Part shown: positions 18,619 to 27,013 of the stretch, piece after piece
Numbering within the stretch: the first letter of the stretch is position 1
How the letters are laid out: every line of letters starts with the position of its first letter
Assembly (NCBI GenBank): GCA_028868375.1
Contig: JAGWUP010000002.1
Location: forward strand, 193,015-257,014
DNA: 64,000 nt
From: Elusimicrobiota bacterium
GTDB taxonomy: Bacteria; Elusimicrobiota; Elusimicrobia; UBA1565; UBA9628
Direction: 5' to 3'
Notes under the pieces: model-generated
The model's database searches: none
Told to the model about the DNA's origin: nothing
Seen by the model: only the letters and a program-made list of their open reading frames with translations
Position numbers and translations under genes: made by a program

Positions 18619-21213
18619 GGGCTGTAACGGGGTTGGCAGTCCCAGCTCTTGGCGAACGATGTCCTCGATGGCGGAACGCAGCTCGGGATTTTCCGCGGGC
18701 AGCAGGCGCTCCACGACCAGGGGATAGATCGCCTCGAGAAGCTCGCGGGAGGGATTGGCGATGAAATCCAGAGTCTGCTTGCGGCGCTCCTCCATCGGCA
18801 GCGGGGAGTCTGGTTTAAAGAAAGCTCCGAAGTCGCCGGCCGAGCGGCCGCGGCCGTCGGCGGTGACGAAGGCGTTCTCGCTATGGGCGTCTGTCATGTT
18901 GTCCCGGCTGCCGCTCCAGCCCGTCATGTGGGCCAGCATCATCGCCGCGGCGTTGCCGGCCAGGACGGTCGGCGCGGCCAGGTCCAGCGGCAAGGGCAGC
19001 CAGTCAACAAGTTTGCCGGTGTTTCTCAAGCGCTTGCCGTCCTCGTAGCGAAAGATCATCAGGCCCAGGGGATTGGATCTCGTAAAACGACGGAGGCGTC
19101 CGTAGAGGCGCAGAGTGCCCGTCCATTGCCCGAAAAAGAGGGGCTCGGGAGCCAGGCCGGGGCCCTCGCCCTGCGGGGCGTTTAGGAGCTCTTGGGCGAC
19201 TTCGAAGTGGGCCGGACTGATCCAGTCGCGGCCTTTCTCCTGGCCCGGCATCTTCAGCTCGACGGCGTAGCCGCCGGCGCCGGCCAATTGCATCCTGCGG
19301 AAGCTTTCGCTGACGGGATTGACCAGCAGCTTGCCGAGGGCGTATTGAAAGCCCTTGCGCTCGGACCAAGCCATCGTCGGCAGCGCGGAGGCGTTGGCGA
19401 GATTGTAGGGAACGGCCATGCGCAGGAAGCTCAGGGCGGTCAGGAAGACGGAGAGCCTGGCGCCGTGGCCCAAGATCAATGAGAGCTGGGGCAGTTGCCG
19501 CCACATTTGATCCTTCGCCCCGTGGCCCCAACGCTTCCGGCCCAGGGGTTTGAGCCCGCCGGAGCCGTTGGCCGAGGAGAGCAGGCGAGCAAGCCGTCCC
19601 CAGAGGGCGACCAGCGCCGAATTGACCCCCGCCCAATCCACTCCGAGGCTGACGGCCAGGCGCTTCAGCTCCTGCTCCGAGCCTTCCAGCACGATTCGCG
19701 CCAACCCGTCTAGGGCTTCGGAGCGCGCCTGCTCATCGACTTGCGGGACCATGGCCTGTAGCCGCAGCGACGGCAGCCAGATCTTGTGGATTTCCCCGGA
19801 TTGGCCAGGGACGGAATGGGCCAGATGGAGCCGGCCGGCCGGCTCCATGCCTAGGGCCACGGCCGGCTTGTCGCTGGCGAAGACCAGGCTCTTCTCCTCG
19901 CCGTCGCGGGGATCGACGAGCAACAATTTGTTGCCGGAAACGGCGATCAGCCTGCCGTCCGGGGAGAAGCCCAGCGGCCCGTAGCCGGACAGCGGCGCGG
20001 CCCTTTGGTAAATCCTCCGGCCGCTCTGTACGTCCCACAGGGAGAGAAGGCTCTTGCCGTTGTCATCGCTGGACAGCACCGCCAGGCGCCTGCCGTCGGC
20101 GGAGAAGACGGCATGGGTGGGCGACCACCAGTCGGAGCCATTTCTGTCAAACCCGGTTCTGAAAATCTGCCGGCCGTCCGCGTCATGGACGGCCAGGGTC
20201 TTCGAGTTCCAGTGGCTGGTGACGAGCGCGCGGCCGTCCGGGGAGATGGCCAGCGGGAAGCCGGGCAGGCTGCTTTGGCCCAGCAGTCTGCCGCCGGCGA
20301 GCTCCCAGGAGGCCAGGACGCTGTTGTCGTCGCTGTCGTAGGCGGCCAGCAGGCGGCCGTCGCCAGAAAAGCGCATGGCCATGGCGTCTTGAAAGCCCAT
20401 CACGCCCAACGTAGGCTCGGCAAGCCAGCGGATGGGGCCGCCGGGATTGTCGAGGTCGAGCAGCCCGACCTGGGAGGCCTCGTTGGACAGGGCCATCAGG
20501 ACGCCGTCCTCGCTGAACGCTCCGTTGCCGATCGCTGCCTCCTCGCCCGTCAGGTCGCGGAGAATCTTGTTCGACCTCGTGTCCCAGAGGGCGGTCCGTT
20601 CCTTGGACATCTCCAGCAGCAGCGAGCCGTCGGGCGAGAGGATGGTGCGCCCGCCGCCGCCGGACTTCGCGTCGATGAACGAGTCACTAGCTTCCCAGTG
20701 ATCCGCCAGCAGGGCGTCGAGCAGCGCGCCCTCGTGGGCCCGGCGCAGGTGGGCGAGGAAGGAGCGGATCAGGCGGGGCGCCTTGAGCGCCGATTGAGGG
20801 GCAAAGCCCAGGGCCCGCGCCTGCCCCCTGGTCAGCCGCGAGGCGGCGGCTCCGGACGTCAGCTCCCGGTGCAGAAGAAACTGGACCAGCTTGTCCTCGA
20901 CCCCGCGCCGCTGCAGGCGGGCGAATTTCTCCAGCTTCGCGTAGTCGCCGGGCTCGAGAGACGGGGCCCGGCTCAGAGTGATCCCCTGCTCCGCGATGGC
21001 GCCGGCGGCGGCGTCGAGATGGTAGCTCTGGACCTCGCTTAGGGCCGGCGGCAGGCTGGGGGCGACGGCCTCGGGCTGGGCCATCGCCTCCGGTTGGGCC
21101 AGCGCCGAGGACGGCGCCAGGCTTGCCAGAGCCAGGAAGCAGCAGAGAAGCAAGCGCGTCAGCACTGGAATATGATAGCGGCCGCTCAACGCGCGCGAGC
21201 GCCGGCTACTCAT
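18613..21213 (-). CDS. Secreted beta-propeller (WD40/TolB-like) repeat protein, 866 aa, with a C-terminal domain of unknown function
   Basis: Signal peptide (LLLCCFLALASLAPSSALA). Multiple SPDG/SxDG blade motifs (ILSPDGSLLL, AISPDGRALV, VFSADGRRLAV, GFSPDGRLIAV). The ~300-aa C-terminus has no recognisable motif. Confidence 0.6.
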   Translation of the reverse strand: MSSRRSRALSGRYHIPVLTRLLLCCFLALASLAPSSALAQPEAMAQPEAVAPSLPPALSEVQSYHLDAAAGAIAEQGITLSRAPSLEPGDYAKLEKFARLQRRGVEDKLVQFLLHRELTSGAAASRLTRGQARALGFAPQSALKAPRLIRSFLAHLRRAHEGALLDALLADHWEASDSFIDAKSGGGGRTILSPDGSLLLEMSKERTALWDTRSNKILRDLTGEEAAIGNGAFSEDGVLMALSNEASQVGLLDLDNPGGPIRWLAEPTLGVMGFQDAMAMRFSGDGRLLAAYDSDDNSVLASWELAGGRLLGQSSLPGFPLAISPDGRALVTSHWNSKTLAVHDADGRQIFRTGFDRNGSDWWSPTHAVFSADGRRLAVLSSDDNGKSLLSLWDVQSGRRIYQRAAPLSGYGPLGFSPDGRLIAVSGNKLLLVDPRDGEEKSLVFASDKPAVALGMEPAGRLHLAHSVPGQSGEIHKIWLPSLRLQAMVPQVDEQARSEALDGLARIVLEGSEQELKRLAVSLGVDWAGVNSALVALWGRLARLLSSANGSGGLKPLGRKRWGHGAKDQMWRQLPQLSLILGHGARLSVFLTALSFLRMAVPYNLANASALPTMAWSERKGFQYALGKLLVNPVSESFRRMQLAGAGGYAVELKMPGQEKGRDWISPAHFEVAQELLNAPQGEGPGLAPEPLFFGQWTGTLRLYGRLRRFTRSNPLGLMIFRYEDGKRLRNTGKLVDWLPLPLDLAAPTVLAGNAAAMMLAHMTGWSGSRDNMTDAHSENAFVTADGRGRSAGDFGAFFKPDSPLPMEERRKQTLDFIANPSRELLEAIYPLVVERLLPAENPELRSAIEDIVRQELGLPTPLQPE
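21178..21211. repeat. 34-bp perfect direct repeat, copy 2
   Basis: Identical to 18585..18618. It contains the TAG stop of the kinase gene and, in another frame, the first 11 codons (MSSRRSRALSG) of the beta-propeller gene. Confidence 0.9.
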
Positions 21214-23560
21214 GGGCCCTTGGTTTTGCGGCGGCTGAGCTTGCGTCTTTGTAGCCGTCGAAATGCAGGCGCTTCAGGATGTCCACAGCCGACTCTTTTA
21301 GCCTTCCCGTTTTGTGGGTGGCTATTCCCGTCAGCGTTTCAGGGCCGCCCGCTTCGGTGAAGAGCCGTTTTAATTCGCTCTCCGCCTGCTGCGGGCCGGC
21401 GCCGCCGCCGGCGATTTCCCGATGGATATCCCGCAGTATTCCGTCGAGAGCCTCCAACGCTTTCTCCCGGGTTCCGTTGTTCAGCTCGTCGTCCTGGGCG
21501 CGCTGGATTTGATGGGCCAGGCCCAGCAGCCATATGTGCCGCCGCGGGAGATCCTCCTTCGCCATGAGATACTTCAGCCAGCGAAAGAACGTCTCGTAGT
21601 CGTCGCCGTGGCCGCGCCAGGCCTGCAGGCCGGCCTCGAGGATCAGCGGCGAAAGCGGCGTTGCTCCCGGCTCCAAGCCTTCTTTGAGCTGCTCCGAGCG
21701 TCGCACCATCATCAGGACAAGCGTTTGGTAGACCGCTTTCGCGGCTTCCGGGTGCCAGGTCGTGAACTCGGCCAGCAGCAGCAGGTCGTCGAGGGTTTGC
21801 GGCGTGATCTCGCGGTGCCGGTAGAGGGAAATATAGTTGGCGAGCGCCGGGATGGGCGTGGTTCCATAGTCGGAGAGGAGCTTGTTGACGATGAAGCATA
21901 AGAGTTCGCGCAGCGAGGAGGCTTGCTGATCGTCGATCGTATGGCCGTGGCCCCAGAATGCGATCGCGGCCAGACTTTCTCTGTATACGGCGTCCAAGCC
22001 GTCAACGCGTTCCGGCTGTTTTGGAAGGCCCAGGTAGAAGTCCGCCATCTCGGCGCTAGTGCCGGGGTCCATCAGAGACTCAAGCCCTGATTTTCCGCGT
22101 CGCCGCATCCCCCAACGCCGCAGGGGCGCCAAATAGTTGGGCGCGGCCAGACCGGCCGACGTAGTTGTCAGGGCAAGACCATCGAAGAGAAATTTTAGAA
22201 GAGATGTAGATGATGGATCAACGTAACCCGAGAATAAGCAGCCCATCCAGACAACCACCCCGACAGCAGCACCGAGTCCAGCTTTACCACCTGATGTCCA
22301 ATGCATTTCGGAGGCCTTCTCCCGAAGTAGCGGCTTTCGTCGCGTGGCCGCTGGATTCTTTATGAACCCAAGCTGAATTGGACTCCCTAGAGCTGCCTGC
22401 GGCAAAATCGCAGTCCGCTCCAACGCTCGCTTGAACTCGCCGGCCGATTGAAAGCGCAGCTCGGGGCCAAGCCGCGTCGCTTTTTCGATGGCGGCTTGAA
22501 CCGCCGGGGAGACGCCGCGCATCGCCTTGGCGTCCGGCCTGCCAAACTGCGGCGGCGGCTCCAGTCCGGTCACCATCGTATACAGCAGCCAGCCCGCGCT
22601 ATAGACGTCGCTTCTTGCGTCGGTCTGGCTCTTGCCCCATTGCTCCGGCGCCGCGAAGCCCGGGGTGCCCAGCGCCACCGTGTCTGACTTCTGCCCGGGC
22701 TTTAATTTCCTGCCGGCCCCGAAATCGATCAGCTTAGCTCCGGACTCGCTTAAGATCACGTTGCCGGGCTTGAGGTCGCGATAGATCACGCCCACGCCTT
22801 TCCGGTGCATCGCTTCCAGGGTATCGAGCAGCGCGCTGATCACGCCGACGGCCTCGCCCTCGCCCATCCTGCCCCGATTAAGCCGCTGCTCCAGCGTCTG
22901 GCCGGGGAAATACTCTTCGACCAAGTACGGCGGCTCGTGCGATTGCTCGTATGCCCTGGGTTCCGGGATGTTGGGAACACCGGCTCGATTTAACTTTTGC
23001 AGCAACAGAAATTCGCCGCGAAGGGCGGCGCCGGCGTCTTCGGGGCTTATGCCGTTGCCAGTGTTGCCGAGGGCGAGCTTCAATGCATGGCTGCCGCCAT
23101 CGGGACCGTGGACCTTTAAGACGGTGGACATTCCGCCCGCGCCCAACAACTCGTCAACGACGAATTCTCCTATGCTATCGCCAGGCCGCGGGACCGCGCC
23201 ATGCCAATGAGAGACCTCCCCATCGACCAACCGCCGGACTTCCCTTGCGGGAGCGTCGGGGGATGGCCTCGCTGCTTGGAGGCGCGCCGAGCCTACGGCC
23301 GCGGGGAGAGCGGCCGGCGCCGGCGCCGGCAGCCCGGCTGCCGGCGTATAAGATAACGGCGCGGGCGGGAAAGGGACGCCGGGGCGATCGACGGCGCTGT
23401 CTTGCAAGCCCGGCATCCGTCCCGGCACGGAGACGATCGGCGCGTAGAGCGCGGCCGGGATCACGGGGCCTTCTTCCTCGATCGCGGCCAGCGCGGCCTG
23501 CGGCCAGATCAAGGCTAGGCAGAGGGCGGCGGCCAGCAGGCGGCGCAAGGAGGCCAGCAT
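21206..23560 (-). CDS. Hanks-type Ser/Thr protein kinase with N-terminal signal peptide, an internal TM segment and a large C-terminal domain
   Basis: Signal-peptide-like start (LLAAALCLALIWPQAALAA). Kinase motifs: GxGxxS-like (ELLGAGGMSTV), VAIK-like (HALKLAL), HRD (IYRDLKPGNVIL), DFG (LIDFGAGR) and APE (GTPGFAAPE). A hydrophobic TM segment follows (AGLGAAVGVVVWMGCLFSGYV), and then ~330 aa of uncharacterised domain. Confidence 0.8.
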   Translation of the reverse strand: MLASLRRLLAAALCLALIWPQAALAAIEEEGPVIPAALYAPIVSVPGRMPGLQDSAVDRPGVPFPPAPLSYTPAAGLPAPAPAALPAAVGSARLQAARPSPDAPAREVRRLVDGEVSHWHGAVPRPGDSIGEFVVDELLGAGGMSTVLKVHGPDGGSHALKLALGNTGNGISPEDAGAALRGEFLLLQKLNRAGVPNIPEPRAYEQSHEPPYLVEEYFPGQTLEQRLNRGRMGEGEAVGVISALLDTLEAMHRKGVGVIYRDLKPGNVILSESGAKLIDFGAGRKLKPGQKSDTVALGTPGFAAPEQWGKSQTDARSDVYSAGWLLYTMVTGLEPPPQFGRPDAKAMRGVSPAVQAAIEKATRLGPELRFQSAGEFKRALERTAILPQAALGSPIQLGFIKNPAATRRKPLLREKASEMHWTSGGKAGLGAAVGVVVWMGCLFSGYVDPSSTSLLKFLFDGLALTTTSAGLAAPNYLAPLRRWGMRRRGKSGLESLMDPGTSAEMADFYLGLPKQPERVDGLDAVYRESLAAIAFWGHGHTIDDQQASSLRELLCFIVNKLLSDYGTTPIPALANYISLYRHREITPQTLDDLLLLAEFTTWHPEAAKAVYQTLVLMMVRRSEQLKEGLEPGATPLSPLILEAGLQAWRGHGDDYETFFRWLKYLMAKEDLPRRHIWLLGLAHQIQRAQDDELNNGTREKALEALDGILRDIHREIAGGGAGPQQAESELKRLFTEAGGPETLTGIATHKTGRLKESAVDILKRLHFDGYKDASSAAAKPRAHE

Positions 23561-23629
23561 TTATTTAGTGTAGGCGAAGCCCGCCGCGATGTCATGGGCC
23601 GCAGGGCCCAGCGGCCTTAGGCCTTGGTC

Positions 23630-24259
23630 CTAGGACTTCGGGGGCTTGGCGACGGAGCTCGGGCGGGGCAATTCGAAGGCGTCGCCGGTGCGCGCGTACC
23701 AGGAGCCCTCCATGCGGCCGATGGCCTTGAGGTCCTGGTGGCGCGGCTGGCCGCCGTTCCAGAGGGCGTCGGCGATCGACAGATGGACGACCTTGCCGAT
23801 CACCAGATTCCCGGCCAGGGGGCCTTCGCCGATGGTGACGACCCGCAGCAGTTGGCACTCCATCTGCGCCGGCGATTCCTTGACGCGGGGGGGCCTGACC
23901 TTGACGCTGGGCAGCGGGGTCAGCCCGACCTTCTCGAACTCGCTGACCCCGTAGGGGTAGTCGGCGGAGCTTTGGTTGATCGCCGCGGCGTTGGCCTCGG
24001 TGGCGAGGTTGACGACGAATTGCCCGGTGGCGCGCGCGTTGACCAGGCTGTCCTTCTCCCTGCCGTCCCTGTTGTTGACCGGCGCGAAGCAAACGCTCAT
24101 CGGCTTGGCGGTGATCCCGGTAAAAAAGGAGAAGGGGGCGAGATTAGGAACGCCGTCGGGCGAGATGGTCGACACCCAGGCGATCGGGCGCGGCACGATC
24201 AGCGAGATCATCACCGCGTAGCGCTCGCGCAGCTCCAGCGCCTCGGGGTCAAGCTCCAT
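23630..24259 (-). CDS. Flavin reductase-like (FMN-binding split-barrel) domain protein
   Basis: The N-terminal region (VMISLIVPRPIAWVSTISPDGVPNLAPFSFF) is the typical flavin reductase like-domain signature. Confidence 0.7.
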   Translation of the reverse strand: MELDPEALELRERYAVMISLIVPRPIAWVSTISPDGVPNLAPFSFFTGITAKPMSVCFAPVNNRDGREKDSLVNARATGQFVVNLATEANAAAINQSSADYPYGVSEFEKVGLTPLPSVKVRPPRVKESPAQMECQLLRVVTIGEGPLAGNLVIGKVVHLSIADALWNGGQPRHQDLKAIGRMEGSWYARTGDAFELPRPSSVAKPPKS

Positions 24260-25529
24260 GGCGCCTCTTGGACCAGGAGAGCGGATAGCCGCCGTCGGCG
24301 ATCTTGAGGCCCTGGCCGGTGATTTGCAGGCTCTCGAAGAAGGTGTCGAGCATCACCGCCAGCTCCCGGGACATCTTGCCGCGCGCCTTAAGCGAGCGCT
24401 TGGCGGCCTCGCCCTGCGGGCTGTGCGGCAGGCCGGAGGGATGGAAGGTGATCGAGCCCGGCTCGATGACGCCTCTGCGCGCGCCGTAGTTCGCGTTGGA
24501 GAAGAACATCACCTCGTCGCAGTCGACGTTCTGGTGGGCGTAGGGGGCCGGCACGTTCGCGGGATGCCAGCCCTCGATCTGCGGGCGGAAGGTGCAGACG
24601 GCGAAGCCGTTGCGCGGGGCCTCGCCCGACTGGAAGGTCTGGCGCGTCGGCGGGGCGGTGTGGATCTCGCGCGAGATCGAGTGCTGGTCGGCGCTGTCGA
24701 AGGAGAAGGGATAAAGCGCCCCCTGCCAGCCGGCCAGGTCGAAGGGGTGGTGGCCCAGGGTCAGCCGGGTGACCCTGCCGCCGCCGTGCTTGACGAGCAC
24801 GGTGAAGCGCCCGGCCTCATCGCGCGCCGGGGGCAGCTGCGGCAGACCGATCTCGGTCTCCACGACCGGCGCCATCAGCGTCGCCTGCCCCTGGGCGTTG
24901 AGGTAATGGGGGGCGAAATGGATCGGCTGCAGCGACTCCACGATCAGGAAGAAGGCCGGCCCCTTGGCAAGCCGCCAGCGCGTCGTCGTGCCCTTGGGCA
25001 CGAGCAGGTAGAGGCCGGGGCGGAAGGGCAGGACGCCGTACTCCGTCTCCAGGCTGCCCCGGCCCTGCTGGACGAACAAGAGCTCGTGGGCCTCGCCGTT
25101 GCGGAAGAACTCGCCGGCGGGCGTGGAGCGGTCGGGGCGAGAGACGGAAATCGTCGTCGCGGGGCCGGCCAGCAGCGGGCGGCGCGCGCGCCAGAAATCG
25201 CCGCCGGCGGCCAGCCTGGCCGTCCTCAGATGGAAGGGCTGCAGCGGCAACTCCTGGGTCGGCTCCGCTCGCAGGTCGAAATCGGCCAGCCGCGGCGGCG
25301 CCACCTGCTCGGTGGGATAGCGCCGCAGGTGCATCTTGCGCGAATAGGCCCCGGAGAAGCCGTAGACGCCGTGGATCTCCTCCAGCGCCAGCAGTCCCGG
25401 CTTGGCGTGGAACTCGGTGTGGGGGACCTTCGGCACCTTGCCGCGCGTCGCGATCACCGCCATCGCGGCAGTATAGCTATTTTGCCGGTACCTCAAGCTG
25501 CCTCCGGTCTGCCCCGGCTGTGCTGCCAT
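24249..25529 (-). CDS. hmgA: Homogentisate 1,2-dioxygenase
   Basis: Length of 426 aa. Conserved HGD cupin regions (HELLFVQQGRGSLETEYGVLPF; NGFAVCTFRPQIEGWHPA; DEVMFFSNANYG...ITFHPSGLPHSP). It is adjacent to fah. Confidence 0.85.
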   Translation of the reverse strand: MAAQPGQTGGSLRYRQNSYTAAMAVIATRGKVPKVPHTEFHAKPGLLALEEIHGVYGFSGAYSRKMHLRRYPTEQVAPPRLADFDLRAEPTQELPLQPFHLRTARLAAGGDFWRARRPLLAGPATTISVSRPDRSTPAGEFFRNGEAHELLFVQQGRGSLETEYGVLPFRPGLYLLVPKGTTTRWRLAKGPAFFLIVESLQPIHFAPHYLNAQGQATLMAPVVETEIGLPQLPPARDEAGRFTVLVKHGGGRVTRLTLGHHPFDLAGWQGALYPFSFDSADQHSISREIHTAPPTRQTFQSGEAPRNGFAVCTFRPQIEGWHPANVPAPYAHQNVDCDEVMFFSNANYGARRGVIEPGSITFHPSGLPHSPQGEAAKRSLKARGKMSRELAVMLDTFFESLQITGQGLKIADGGYPLSWSKRRHGA

Positions 25530-25950
25530 GATTTCGCCGGTGAAAAGCCGACACGGTCGGGGCTTCAGCTAAGAAGCGCTGAGGTGGGTGACGGCGAGGA
25601 ATGCGGCGAGCGAGCACTGAGGACCTGCGTCACGATAATATGGTTATTTTGGACGGACGATTTTGGAGCGAGCCGAGGAGTGAGGAGCGAGCATAGCGAT
25701 CGCTATGTGAGCGACGAACGACGAAGGCGCAGCCCAAAATCGTCCGTCCCCTTCAGGGCGACCCGATTCCGGTCGATTTCATCGTTGCTCCTCGGTCACA
25801 TGGCCTGCGGCCATGCTCCCTCCTCGCGTCTTGAAATCGCCACGGACTCGGGTCGCCAAAATGACCATATTATCGTGACGCAGGTCCTTTGGGGCGCAGC
25901 GAAGCCGCGTCTGGAGCCGTCAGGACCCGCCGCAGCGCTTCTTAGCTGAG
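25520..25950. mobile_element. MITE-like palindromic element, family copy A (about 430 bp), between the fah stop and the hmgA start
   Basis: Nested inverted repeats: cagctaagaagcgctg (25566-81) pairs with cagcgcttcttagctg (25932-47); ggacctgcgtcacgataatatggt (25621-44) pairs with accatattatcgtgacgcaggtcc (25864-87); ggacggacgattttgg pairs with ccaaaatcgtccgtcc. The centre reads gagcatagcgatcgctatgtgagcgacgaacgacg. Related copies lie at 31000-31465 and 29037-29330. Confidence 0.55.
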
Positions 25951-25952
25951 GA

Positions 25953-26966
25953 TCAGTGGGGCCCGGAGTAGAGCAGCCGCCGCTGGGCTTTCGGCGCGCC
26001 GACGACCTGGCGCAGGGTGCCCAGTCGCTCGACCGTCAGCTCCAGGACGTCGCCGGGCTTGACCCAGCGCTCGAGATCGAGGCCGCAGCCCTTGTAGTAG
26101 GTGCCGCTGCCCAAGAGGTCGCCGGGATAGACCGTCTCCTCCTGCGAGACGTGCGAGAGCATCAAGGGAAAGCTCCAGCGGCGGCCCGTGGAGCTGGACT
26201 CGCTCCAGGGCTCCCCGTTGACCTTCAGGGTCATCTTAAGCCCCTCCGGCTCGGGCAATTCGTCGGCGGTCAGAAGGTAAGGGCCAAGCCCCGTGGCGAA
26301 GTCCTTGCCCTTGGCCGGGCCCATCCGGCAGACCATCTCGCTCTTCTGGATGTCGCGCGCCGAAAAATCGTTCAAGATCGTGTAGCCGGCGATGTGGCGC
26401 GCCGCCTGCTCGACGGAGAGGTCCCTGCCCTTCTTGCCGACGACGCAGCCGATCTCGAACTCGAAGTCGAAGCGGCGCGTGTAGCTGGGCCAGGGGACGG
26501 TGTCGCCGGGGCCGTAGATCTCGCGGTGGTTTCCTTTATAATAGACCGGCTGGTCGTACCACTGCGGCGCCAGCGGCTCGCCCCGGCGCTTGGCGCCCTG
26601 CAGGGCGTGCTCCTCGAAGGCGAAGAAATCGCGCAACGCCCTCGGGCGCGGCAAGGGGGCCAAGAGGCGCGCCTCGTCTTCCTTGTAAACCAGCCGCTCC
26701 CCGCGACTTCCCGCTTCAAGCCTTCCCCGGCGGACGTCCTCCAGCGCCTCGCGCGCCGCCTCGAGGGCCTCGCTTCCACCGTCCAGGAAGGCCAGCATCT
26801 CCGCCGGAAGCAGGGCGTCGGCCAGGCGCCGGGGCGCGGCCTTGCCCTGGGCGGCCAGGCGGGCGGCGCAGGCGAAGTTGAGGTCGACCATCCCGCCTTC
26901 AAGAAGGGCGCCCAGGCGCTCGAAGGGTCCCAAGGGCGTGCTGACCTCGAAGGTGACCAGCTTCAT
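25953..26966 (-). CDS. Fumarylacetoacetate hydrolase (FAH) family protein
   Basis: The FAH-fold C-terminal domain shows conserved acidic/metal-binding stretches (FAFEEHAL, GNHREIYGPGD, FDFEFEIGCVVGKKGRD, GYTILNDFSARDIQ). Confidence 0.8.
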   Translation of the reverse strand: MKLVTFEVSTPLGPFERLGALLEGGMVDLNFACAARLAAQGKAAPRRLADALLPAEMLAFLDGGSEALEAAREALEDVRRGRLEAGSRGERLVYKEDEARLLAPLPRPRALRDFFAFEEHALQGAKRRGEPLAPQWYDQPVYYKGNHREIYGPGDTVPWPSYTRRFDFEFEIGCVVGKKGRDLSVEQAARHIAGYTILNDFSARDIQKSEMVCRMGPAKGKDFATGLGPYLLTADELPEPEGLKMTLKVNGEPWSESSSTGRRWSFPLMLSHVSQEETVYPGDLLGSGTYYKGCGLDLERWVKPGDVLELTVERLGTLRQVVGAPKAQRRLLYSGPH

Positions 26967-27013
26967 GCCCCGCGATTATAGAATTACTTGCGGGCCGCGG
27001 CCAGGCCGCTCTG

